This document shows positions 8,583 through 16,521 of a DNA stretch of 53,782 nt, piece by piece; positions within the stretch are counted from its first letter, which is position 1, and each line of letters starts with the position of its first letter. This stretch comes from Candidatus Bathyarchaeota archaeon (lineage in GTDB: Archaea; Thermoproteota; Bathyarchaeia; Bathyarchaeales; Bathyarchaeaceae), in contig JAPUUO010000002.1 in NCBI GenBank assembly GCA_026967815.1, positions 1 to 53,782 of the forward strand. The letters are read 5' to 3'. The translations under genes were made by a program, and so were the position numbers. The notes beneath the pieces were generated by a model. That model did no database searches. It saw only the letters and a list, made by a program, of their open reading frames with translations, and had not been told where the DNA came from.

Positions 8583-9131
8583 CTATTTGGCTTCTACTTC
8601 TACCGCAACACTTTGCTTAATAAGAATTCTAGCATTTTCAACAGGTAAACTTGCAATGTCTTCAGGTTTAAATGGACCATAGGCTTTCATGTCGGCTCCA
8701 ATGATAGCTGGAATTTCCTGAATGAACCTTAGAATCATTGTCTCAGGTCTTTCTTTAACCTCTATGCGCGGTGAACGCCCACCCAAGATGTCTTTTAACA
8801 AGGTTTGGTAAGATTCTATTGAAGGTGAAACTTCTCCAAGTAACTCTTCTTCTTCACCTGTTAGGGCGTCTTTGGCTACTATTTCGCCAGCAATGGCTTT
8901 CCTAAGAGTCTTTTCATAGCGCAACGTAATGAGCTCTTTAACCATCTTGGTAACATTATTAGATTCTCGTCTCAGAAGCTTGGCTCTAACCGTTTTCTCA
9001 TCAAGCATTCGACTTTCTTCTTTCATTTTCTTTATGTAGTCAGCGAGTTTCACATAGAAATCCTTGAGTAGCACTTGTACTTCCTTGGTTTCCCTTTCCT
9101 TTGTCCACGCTTCATAGAGTTCATCGTACAC
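8583..9131 (-). CDS. GINS complex subunit (Gins51/Gins15-type)
   Basis: 182 aa. N-terminus YDELYEAWTKERETKEVQVLLKDFY is typical of archaeal GINS51. Its position immediately downstream of priS, overlapping it, matches the known gins-priS linkage. Confidence 0.7.
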   Translation of the reverse strand: MYDELYEAWTKERETKEVQVLLKDFYVKLADYIKKMKEESRMLDEKTVRAKLLRRESNNVTKMVKELITLRYEKTLRKAIAGEIVAKDALTGEEEELLGEVSPSIESYQTLLKDILGGRSPRIEVKERPETMILRFIQEIPAIIGADMKAYGPFKPEDIASLPVENARILIKQSVAVEVEAK

Positions 9132-10359
9132 TTGAGCCCACCTCCGTTATTCTTGCACTGCCCTTGCACAATAGAAACAAAGCTGCAGCCATGGGTAACT
9201 CAACCTTTTCATTTCGGTAAGGACCGTGAAACTCGCTTCCAACTCTAAATTTAGGAGCCTCAGAGACATCTACTGATGCTGTGCCATGCGGAAAGGCAAC
9301 AGCGCTTTTCAATGGGTCGAATTCTTCTATGGTTGCAATAGATGTTTCAGTCTTTTTTAAACCTGTCTTTCCATGTAAGGTATCGGCTAGTCTTATCAGT
9401 CGGTGAACATCAGTTGTAACCACAGTGTCTATTTTGGCCGCCTGGTTCTTCAAGGCTTGCTCAGCAATTTTGCTCCAGCTTTCAAAGCTTACTCCTTTAA
9501 TCATCGTCCATGGACCTTTGTATTTCCAGCTTTCCAGAATACGTTCTTTATGTTTGCCCAAACTCTGAATGACCCCCCTGGGTAATCCGATTTTCTCCAG
9601 TTGCTCCGGGGTGGCGGATAAAAGATATTCGTAAGTTCCTCGAGCGATTCTTCCTCTCCATCCGAAATCATCAAGGTTAGGACCGCCAATTTTGCTTAGT
9701 CCATGCAGTTGGGGGTCAAGCCCTATTCCGACGATATAATCCACGATTTCTTTACGGCTTGTCGAGTTAAGTGTCAAGATGTCTTTGCTTTCGACGTGAA
9801 GATGGTAACCTCTGTGCCCAGAAAAGCTGAGACTCATTTCATTAGTAGAGAAGCCGAGGTCATTCGTTAATATGTCAATAAGTTTTATGGTCTCTTCTTT
9901 TGCAGATTCCAAGCAAATTTCACATGGCCATGTTTTCTCTTCGAATTTTTGTTTGTTGCATTTTGGACATTTTTTCGGTGGTGTTCCACGTCCAGTTGTT
10001 TTGCAGTGGGGGCAACTCCATGTGTCGTGGGTTTTGGAGCAGGGAGCTGAAATGTGGTCTGCGTCTATGTCGAACACCAAGTCGGCGCCTAGCCAGCCTT
10101 TTTCTTCCATTTCCTCCTCTGGCCGTTCGTAGTAGGCGCTTGAAAAGTAAACGTGCGATGGAATCAACGTTTTGAACGAATCTCGAAATTCCTGCGCAGT
10201 TTTGAAGGCTTTATGCCTGAGCATTATTCTTTCTTTCAGAAGGAGAAAGCCAAACTCGCGTTTTTCCATTGAAGAGGGAGGGTGAATGTTTAAAGAGTTT
10301 TTTTCATAGTATTCGCTAAATTTCGCTTGGATGAAGGCTTTGGTGTCTATTTTAATCAT
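9121..10359 (-). CDS. priS: DNA primase small (catalytic) subunit PriS
   Basis: 412 aa. Catalytic DLVFDIDADH motif, zinc knuckle CPHCKT...CPKCN, and SFSGHRGYHLHV. Confidence 0.9.
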   Translation of the reverse strand: MIKIDTKAFIQAKFSEYYEKNSLNIHPPSSMEKREFGFLLLKERIMLRHKAFKTAQEFRDSFKTLIPSHVYFSSAYYERPEEEMEEKGWLGADLVFDIDADHISAPCSKTHDTWSCPHCKTTGRGTPPKKCPKCNKQKFEEKTWPCEICLESAKEETIKLIDILTNDLGFSTNEMSLSFSGHRGYHLHVESKDILTLNSTSRKEIVDYIVGIGLDPQLHGLSKIGGPNLDDFGWRGRIARGTYEYLLSATPEQLEKIGLPRGVIQSLGKHKERILESWKYKGPWTMIKGVSFESWSKIAEQALKNQAAKIDTVVTTDVHRLIRLADTLHGKTGLKKTETSIATIEEFDPLKSAVAFPHGTASVDVSEAPKFRVGSEFHGPYRNEKVELPMAAALFLLCKGSARITEVGSSVR

Positions 10360-11216
10360 GCCCCCGGCGCAAGGGGAGCTTCTGTTTTTATGATTCTTAG
10401 TTTTCTTCGGTAGTAGGCAAGTGGATGTCTTATTCTTCTGCAGATGTCATCCATTCCTGGGCAGACGCCATGGGTGCGTAAGGTATCGCATTGAGGCGGG
10501 ATGTACTTTGTTCTCGAACCTTTTAGTCCCGCGATGTGTTCAACTTGATAGCGAGTCATCCTTTCTTTGAAGTCGGCAAGGGAACGAAATAGGTCAACCA
10601 CATTTTCAGTGGTCATGCCTATGTTGACCAAGAAGGTTGTGAGAGTGAAACGTCCAATGTGAGAGAGGTGGTGTCCAGAACTTATTGTTTCGTGCAACCT
10701 CTTTATGCATGGAGGGTATGCAATTATGATCACTTCTGAAGGAATCTCTTCCCAGCTGGTTTTACCTCTTTTCTCGTAGAAAAGTTGCTTTAATCGGTTG
10801 ATGCGGTTCATTATGTCTGGAGATAAGGATTTGACTTTCACCTGCAGTTTTTGTTCTATGTATCTGCGCACTTCCTCCTCTAAGAGTCGACAAACCTCAA
10901 CCTTTGTCAGAAAAACTTCGCCTTTTGACAGCATTCTGTTGACAAGCTTCCATTTTTTGTGCTGTATAATTGCGGCGTTTCTTATGTAATCCTTGAAATC
11001 TAGCGCAAAATCGTAGTTCAGCAGGTTGGGTCGTGGCTGTGCTGGTTCTAGTTTCCACTTGAAGTTGTTCGCAATTTTCATAATTGTTTCTTTGCGCTCT
11101 CCTTTTAGTAGGGTGGACGCACGTTTGGCTTCTGCCAATGCATAGGTCCTTTTGATGCGTGAATCCGCAGTTGCAACTACCATCATGATTGCTATTGGGA
11201 AGGAGGGAATTTCCAC
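10356..11216 (-). CDS. priL: DNA primase large subunit PriL; minimal ORF, the true N-terminus probably extends to about 11405
   Basis: Fe-S domain blocks PPCIKRL, GHHLSHIGRF and CDTLRTHGVC. The same frame stays open upstream to 11444 and encodes LTKSDLAKYPFTPEAAKF, a PriL N-terminal KYPF motif, but contains no ATG/GTG/TTG (see findings). Confidence 0.85.
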   Translation of the reverse strand: MEIPSFPIAIMMVVATADSRIKRTYALAEAKRASTLLKGERKETIMKIANNFKWKLEPAQPRPNLLNYDFALDFKDYIRNAAIIQHKKWKLVNRMLSKGEVFLTKVEVCRLLEEEVRRYIEQKLQVKVKSLSPDIMNRINRLKQLFYEKRGKTSWEEIPSEVIIIAYPPCIKRLHETISSGHHLSHIGRFTLTTFLVNIGMTTENVVDLFRSLADFKERMTRYQVEHIAGLKGSRTKYIPPQCDTLRTHGVCPGMDDICRRIRHPLAYYRRKLRIIKTEAPLAPGA

Positions 11217-11457
11217 ATCGTCTTTGGGTGATTTTCCGCTGACTGCATTGAAGAGTAGGGCTTCTTCGATTCTAGCTTCAGCTCTTTGTAAGATAGGTTG
11301 ATACTCGATTTTTTCAAGTTCATCGATCTTAATGTCTAATGTTTGAATGAACTTTGCGGCTTCTGGAGTGAATGGGTATTTGGCTAGGTCGCTTTTGGTT
11401 AGAACCCGTTGCCCCTCCTTCTTCGCTTGGCAGCGCAGATGCTGTTATCTTACGTTG

Positions 11458-12213
11458 CTATTCTACCTCTATACGCGGAGCTAGGTAAAAGGTCAGCCTT
11501 CCCTCTTTTGGTTGCTGAAAATCAATTTTTACCGGCATATCTGATGAGAATTCAAGTGTTGCGATGTCGCTGGTTGCAGATGCATTTTTGATTATATCTG
11601 ACAGGTAGCTTAGACTAAACGTTGCTTTAGACGACTCTTTAGCTTCAAGGTCTAGAAGAGTTTCGCTTCCTTTCTTAAGTTCCACCACGGCGCCCATAAG
11701 ATCCCCGGTAGCGCGCAAAGTCATTTTTTCGTTGTCTATTTCAATGCGGACGTGATCGCTTACGAGTTGTACGTCTTCTATAGCTTGATGTAAGCCGTGG
11801 GTTGTAGTTTTAGCGCGGACGTTGAAGGTTATTTTCGGTGTAGGCACTTCTTCTTCAGCTGCTTCCAGAGTTGGCATGGTGAAGTTGCGGTCGTATCTGC
11901 CTTTGATCGCGATCTTTAAACGTCCAGTCTTCTCATCTATTGTAAGTTCAACAGATTCCTCTTTGGCAGCTCGGCGGAGAAGCTTCAGCATTTCACTTAC
12001 GTTTATGCACATTTTCAATGGAGCGTCGCAGAGATACTCGTCAAATATTGTATTTGGCCATTCGAAATCTATCATAGCAACGCGAGATGGATCCATTGCA
12101 CGTAGCTTGATGCCTTCTGAGCTTATGTTAAAAGTCGCCTCATCGACTAAGGTGGATATGACCGTTATCATGTCGCGTAAGAGTTTGGCGTCTGCTATTC
12201 GCACTTTAAACAA
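11458..12213 (-). CDS. pcn: DNA polymerase sliding clamp (PCNA)
   Basis: 251 aa, TTG start. MFKVRIADAKLLRDMITVISTLVDEATF...GIKLRAMDPSRVAM is typical of archaeal PCNA. Confidence 0.9.
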   Translation of the reverse strand: MFKVRIADAKLLRDMITVISTLVDEATFNISSEGIKLRAMDPSRVAMIDFEWPNTIFDEYLCDAPLKMCINVSEMLKLLRRAAKEESVELTIDEKTGRLKIAIKGRYDRNFTMPTLEAAEEEVPTPKITFNVRAKTTTHGLHQAIEDVQLVSDHVRIEIDNEKMTLRATGDLMGAVVELKKGSETLLDLEAKESSKATFSLSYLSDIIKNASATSDIATLEFSSDMPVKIDFQQPKEGRLTFYLAPRIEVE

Positions 12214-12328
12214 GCTGATTGCAAGCCTCCTTTATGCTGGTTATCTGTAGCGTTGACTTGATTTTAAGCCTTCTTATAAAAAAGTAATGCCAAATAATCT
12301 CTTCATTATCGAAGTAAAGTCTCAACAT

Positions 12329-12676
12329 TTAGCTGTATTCTCTGAATGTGTAGTTGCACTTCGTGCATCTGAAGAACTGTGTAGAAGACTCATCGCTTCC
12401 TCTTGTTTGAACCTGCCAAACGTAAGCCACATTATTTCCGCATTTTGGGCATTCAATGCGCATTGTAGGCAAAACTCGAAGTTTCTGCTCTTTCTTCCCA
12501 ATAATAGCGATGGTTTGCTGTGGACTGTGCTCAATCACTTTTGGTATGGGCTCTAGCTTCTGCGCGAGTTGCTTGCTTTTGTAAGTACATTTAGGGCAAG
12601 CCAATACAAGGCGGGTTCTTCCCTTGCTTTGCTTCTTTGGCACAAGTCTTGTTCCGCATTTGGGACAAAACTCCAT
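12329..12676 (-). CDS. tfs: transcription factor S (TFS) / RNAP subunit M-like
   Basis: N-terminal ribbon MEFCPKCGTRL...CPKC. C-terminal ribbon CPKCGNNVAYVWQVQTRGSDESSTQFFRCTKC carries the acidic loop. Confidence 0.85.
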   Translation of the reverse strand: MEFCPKCGTRLVPKKQSKGRTRLVLACPKCTYKSKQLAQKLEPIPKVIEHSPQQTIAIIGKKEQKLRVLPTMRIECPKCGNNVAYVWQVQTRGSDESSTQFFRCTKCNYTFREYS

Positions 12677-12738
12677 TGTTCTCGTCCTCACGCGTTTCTG
12701 TTCCCTTGTCCATACCTTTGAGTCTTTTAAGCTTTTTC

Positions 12739-13389
12739 TTATTTCAATTCAGATTCAGACTGTGATGTTTCACTATTGATTCTCTTTTTTCGTCTCAATT
12801 GACGTAGTCCCGAAGCTACAAGATGCGCTACTCTCAAAGCTTCTGGGATATTGCTGCGCGTAGAAGTGTTCTTCAAAATATGTTTAGCATCTTCGACTGT
12901 AACTCCAACAACATGAGCATAGACGGGTTCTTCTCCACCTCTCGTGTGCACTTCAATTATTTTTCCAGCTTTTTCTATGGCTTTCCATCGCTTATCGCTT
13001 TGAGGTAAATTCTGCAAAGCTTTTTTTATGTCGCCGAAGCTGGGTCTGTCCCGTGCAACAGCAATCACCGGCACCTTCACTTTTTCAAAAAGTTCTTCAA
13101 TGTCAATCACATTGAAGCCAGCCATTGTCACTCCGTTGAGCATGATAACCCGTAGCTGGTCGTAATGGGGTGACTCAACTATCATCGACGCGATTTTTTC
13201 AGTTGCATCCATTCCGTCAATTTCAACCTGAGTTCGCATAACGCCGTCTAGCCAATATCCTCCTCGAAAAACTACACCTATGACATCGACAACGCCCTTT
13301 GTGTGAGGGGTGAAAAATCCGTCGTCAATGCCCAAGACACGAATCTCAGGTTTCACAACACGAATTCTGACAGTTTTACCTTTGTTCAT
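12739..13389 (-). CDS. UPF0215/DUF99 family protein (endonuclease V-like fold)
   Basis: Blocks IRVLGIDDGFF, VIGVVFRGGYWLDGV and IDGMDAT are DUF99 hallmarks. Start taken at the internal ATG (MNKGKTV). Confidence 0.7.
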   Translation of the reverse strand: MNKGKTVRIRVVKPEIRVLGIDDGFFTPHTKGVVDVIGVVFRGGYWLDGVMRTQVEIDGMDATEKIASMIVESPHYDQLRVIMLNGVTMAGFNVIDIEELFEKVKVPVIAVARDRPSFGDIKKALQNLPQSDKRWKAIEKAGKIIEVHTRGGEEPVYAHVVGVTVEDAKHILKNTSTRSNIPEALRVAHLVASGLRQLRRKKRINSETSQSESELK

Positions 13390-13771
13390 CGCGTTTATCG
13401 AGCCTCTCCCAAATTTCACGAAGTAATACAGTAAAAGCCTCAACAGAATCTTGTTTCTCGCTCAAAATTTCCACGGAGTCTTCAAAAGTAACTGTATCAG
13501 CTAACCAAGCAAAAGCTATTAAGGCTTCAGCGGCGTTCCCGAGAACATGCCGGTCGATTCTGCGAGGCAGCAGTTTTCGTAGACCCGATTTTCTGACAGC
13601 CTCAGCCAAGATTCTATTGTTTACTTTCACACCTGTTGGATACCCCGATCTTTGCGACGCTGCAAGAGAGTAAAGAAGGTTGACATAGGCGTCGCCCAGT
13701 CCAGCGAGATTTTTGTCAAGCAAGATTTCTTCAAGATTCTTGTATTCCTTTAGAACAGGCCCTTTGCTCAT
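13376..13771 (-). CDS. Mini-RNase III-like (single RNase III domain) protein
   Basis: 131 aa. LAGLGDAYVNLLYSLA corresponds to the RNase III signature (xLGDAxxxL). LGNAAEALIAFAWL corresponds to the second catalytic helix (xxxFEALIGA). The size matches Mini-III. Confidence 0.5.
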   Translation of the reverse strand: MSKGPVLKEYKNLEEILLDKNLAGLGDAYVNLLYSLAASQRSGYPTGVKVNNRILAEAVRKSGLRKLLPRRIDRHVLGNAAEALIAFAWLADTVTFEDSVEILSEKQDSVEAFTVLLREIWERLDKRDEQR

Positions 13772-14073
13772 TTTTGTTGCCAGTCTTTTAATGCTTCCTC
13801 TAGGCGTTTGCGAAACTGTTTAGTTTGCTGCCTTATCTTTGCTGCTGCTTCGTGAAGTGCAATCTCAGGCTTTTTCTTTGGCTTCCGCTTTTCTTTCATG
13901 CGAACATAAACCACAGGATTGGCTACTAGTGGATGTGATATGTTGTAGCCTGCCATTTCAACTGTTTTGTCTTCCAATAGAGCTCTTTGCAAGACGTTAC
14001 AAAACGTATGTCCTTCGCCTTCGATTTCTACTTCGAGCTCATCGGATGTTTTCTTCAAAACCTTAATGTTCAA
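13768..14073 (-). CDS. rpoL: DNA-directed RNA polymerase subunit L (Rpo11)
   Basis: 101 aa. Block ELEVEIEGEGHTFCNVLQRALLED...GYNISHPL. Confidence 0.85.
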   Translation of the reverse strand: MNIKVLKKTSDELEVEIEGEGHTFCNVLQRALLEDKTVEMAGYNISHPLVANPVVYVRMKEKRKPKKKPEIALHEAAAKIRQQTKQFRKRLEEALKDWQQK

Positions 14074-14642
14074 GCCAATTCACCTTTTCCATAGTCTTGG
14101 GCACTCTTCCGCGTTTCAATATTGCCACACCTTAAACAGCGCATCTCCACTCTTCCAAAGTTTAGAACATCTCCGCAACGAGAACAAAAAGCATAGATGA
14201 CTCCTAAATTTGGCTCTTTTGTGGATAAATGAAAAGTTCTATTTTTGTCGCTGACTACTTTTGCGCGGATGATATCGCCAGGTTTACACACATGGTACAT
14301 GGTTTCAACATAGCGGAGACTCACATCAGAAACATGTAAGATGCCGGTGAAGAATCCTGAAAGAGGATACTTGTCTATTTGGAATATGCGCACAGCCGCA
14401 GTTTTGCTCTGTGCATCTCTAACCTGACCGATAACTATGCTTCCCACTTTGGGAACAGCTAGGAAGCGAGTTTTGGGAAAAATCGAAACCTGCTTGCTGA
14501 GTATATCTACCAAAGCTTGTCCAGTTGCTAGAGAATAGATTATGCCGTTTTCCTCGTAAGTTCCAGATCCAGGCACAAACTCCTCAATCACCCCGAGACG
14601 GTCGCCGGGAACAACAAATTGCCCGCTCTTCTGTTTAGACAA
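14070..14642 (-). CDS. csl4: exosome complex RNA-binding protein Csl4
   Basis: 190 aa. VVPGDRLGVIEEF N-domain, S1 domain (GDIIRAKVVS), and C-terminal zinc ribbon CSRCG...CLRCG. Confidence 0.85.
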   Translation of the reverse strand: MSKQKSGQFVVPGDRLGVIEEFVPGSGTYEENGIIYSLATGQALVDILSKQVSIFPKTRFLAVPKVGSIVIGQVRDAQSKTAAVRIFQIDKYPLSGFFTGILHVSDVSLRYVETMYHVCKPGDIIRAKVVSDKNRTFHLSTKEPNLGVIYAFCSRCGDVLNFGRVEMRCLRCGNIETRKSAQDYGKGELA

Positions 14643-14760
14643 AGGCTTTCACATTCCTTCAACATTAGTCTTAAAGGCAGCACGTCTTAACGTTTTCCTC
14701 AACGCACTGCAATAAACCTTTTGATTACAGGTTCTCGCTCTCTGTGTCAAAAAGCTTATA

Positions 14761-14779
14761 TGGATGGATTATCCATCCA
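14761..14779 (+). promoter_or_regulatory. perfect 8-bp inverted repeat TGGATGGA-TTA-TCCATCCA directly upstream of the ECF-S-like gene
   Basis: Read directly. It ends 7 nt before ATG 14787 and follows a TTATAT element. Confidence 0.4.
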
Positions 14780-14786
14780 ATAAAAC

Positions 14787-15374
14787 ATGCCTCAACTCAG
14801 CGTACGCCAACTCGCCTTGCTTAGCGTTCTAACCGCTGTCTCGTTAGGTATTCAGTTAACCCCACGCCCGCCTAATGTTGAGTTCACCTCGTTGTTTACG
14901 TTCCTTGTTGGCATCCTATACGGCAGTCTAGTTGGCGGATTTTTCGGCGGCTTCGTAATGTTTGTTAATGGGTTCTTGTCACCTTGGGGTTTTGCTGGGT
15001 TCATAATGCCCTTTCAAATAGTCGGAATGGCAATAATAGGATTCGCAGGCGGCACGTACAAAAGATACGTGGTTGGAGTACATCCTGCTCAAGTCAGTGC
15101 TGAAGTTGCAGTTCTAGGCGCTTTTCTCACTCTTCTATACGACACAATCACAACCGTCGGCGTTGCCGTACAATCTACGATAATATATGGAATCCCATGG
15201 CATATTTCTTTAATAGCGACCTTTTCAGCGGGAGCCCTATTCTATTTAGTTCACATAGTTTCTAACACTGCTTTATTTGGATCAGGACTTATCCCGCTTA
15301 TAAAAGCCCTTCAAAGAGTCCCTGGAGGTGAAGCATTATGGTCAAAAAAAGAACTCTTGCATTCGCAACATTAG
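14787..15374 (+). CDS. polytopic membrane protein, ECF-transporter S-component-like
   Basis: 195 aa, about 6 TM helices, Gly-rich helices (GGFFGGFVMFVNG). The family call is tentative and based on architecture and the DUF4430 neighbour. Confidence 0.5.
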   Translation: MPQLSVRQLALLSVLTAVSLGIQLTPRPPNVEFTSLFTFLVGILYGSLVGGFFGGFVMFVNGFLSPWGFAGFIMPFQIVGMAIIGFAGGTYKRYVVGVHPAQVSAEVAVLGAFLTLLYDTITTVGVAVQSTIIYGIPWHISLIATFSAGALFYLVHIVSNTALFGSGLIPLIKALQRVPGGEALWSKKELLHSQH

Positions 15375-15820
15375 CCATATCAGTCTGGGCAGCTTTAGCA
15401 ACTAGTGTGCTTGGCTATTACTACTTGCGTTTTCAGGAATACGTTAATTTGTCACGCGAATATGAAGCAGTAACGATGAAAGTAGACATATACATCCACT
15501 ACGGCAATGAAACAAACGGGATCTGGCACAACAACACCATTGTGCCGTTAGGTGCCGCTCTGCTAAATGCCACCGGACTTGTCGCTGACAGTCAATTCAC
15601 TTACTGGTCGGAGCTTGGAGCTGCGTTTATTGATTCCTTAGATGGTGTTGCAAACAATGTAACCAAAGGGAAATCATGGTTCTGGTGGTACTGGGACACG
15701 ACGAGTTCTAAATGGATTCTTGGAGAAGTTGGAGCTAACCAACGTATGTTGCATCGTCGAGACATTGTAGCGTGGACTTATCAGAGTTATGAGATTTGGC
15801 CTCCTCCACCACCTTCATGA
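15338..15820 (+). CDS. membrane-anchored DUF4430-like protein
   Basis: 160 aa. N-terminal TM anchor. C-terminal block FIDSLDGVANN...KSWFWWYWD...WILGEVGANQRMLHRRDIVAWTY fits the DUF4430 pattern (transcobalamin-like beta domain). Confidence 0.5.
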   Translation: MVKKRTLAFATLAISVWAALATSVLGYYYLRFQEYVNLSREYEAVTMKVDIYIHYGNETNGIWHNNTIVPLGAALLNATGLVADSQFTYWSELGAAFIDSLDGVANNVTKGKSWFWWYWDTTSSKWILGEVGANQRMLHRRDIVAWTYQSYEIWPPPPPS

Positions 15821-15822
15821 CA

Positions 15823-16521
15823 TTACCCGGCTTCCCTTTCTATCACATACAAATTAACCAAAAATTCATGTTTTCGTTTTCTATGAAATTTAAACATGTA
15901 TGGAATGGTCATAATCATTGCATATGCGATACGAATTTTTCCTCCGTGCCTCTTAACGAACCTTTTGAGGAAGACAGAAGGCTGAGCTGGTTTAGTTGGT
16001 GTTCCACGTGTCAGCGTTTTGGCAAGTTCTTTGCTGTTTTCTCCCTTATGAAGCGAGTAGATTCTTTGGGCTAGTTCTAAGGATTTCTGAAGAAATCTTC
16101 TGTCTGCCTTTCTTTTTTGTACGCCGAAGGGTGGGTTTTGAATGACTGTGTCAAAGGCTCCATGGATAGCATCTATATCTGCCACAACCCAGCTAGTCTT
16201 ATCTTTCACACCTAAATTAACTGCGTTTTTGAAAGCGAGCTTCACAGCAGTCTTGTCAATGTCAATGCCAACTGTTTCCTTGGCTCCTAAAAGCGCTGCG
16301 CCAATTGCGAGTCTTCCAGTGCCGCACCCTAGATCTACGACGTTTTTTCTGATAATGTCGTCATTTATGTAAGCTGCTATGTAGAGAAATTCCGCTGCAA
16401 CGTTTGCGGGTATGGTATATTGTTCCAGATGGGCTTTGGGCGCAGGGTGAGGCGCAACTTTTGACAATGCAATTTCTAGGTTGCGTTTCCGAACCAGCCT
16501 TCTTTGCACAGTTTCTCCCAA
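15823..16521 (-). CDS. class I SAM-dependent N6-adenine methyltransferase, METTL5-like
   Basis: Blocks VVDLGCGTGRLAIGAALLGA and VIQNPPFG (NPPF motif). The start overlaps the dph2 3' end; GTG 16509 is an alternative. Confidence 0.7.
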   Translation of the reverse strand: MGETVQRRLVRKRNLEIALSKVAPHPAPKAHLEQYTIPANVAAEFLYIAAYINDDIIRKNVVDLGCGTGRLAIGAALLGAKETVGIDIDKTAVKLAFKNAVNLGVKDKTSWVVADIDAIHGAFDTVIQNPPFGVQKRKADRRFLQKSLELAQRIYSLHKGENSKELAKTLTRGTPTKPAQPSVFLKRFVKRHGGKIRIAYAMIMTIPYMFKFHRKRKHEFLVNLYVIEREAG

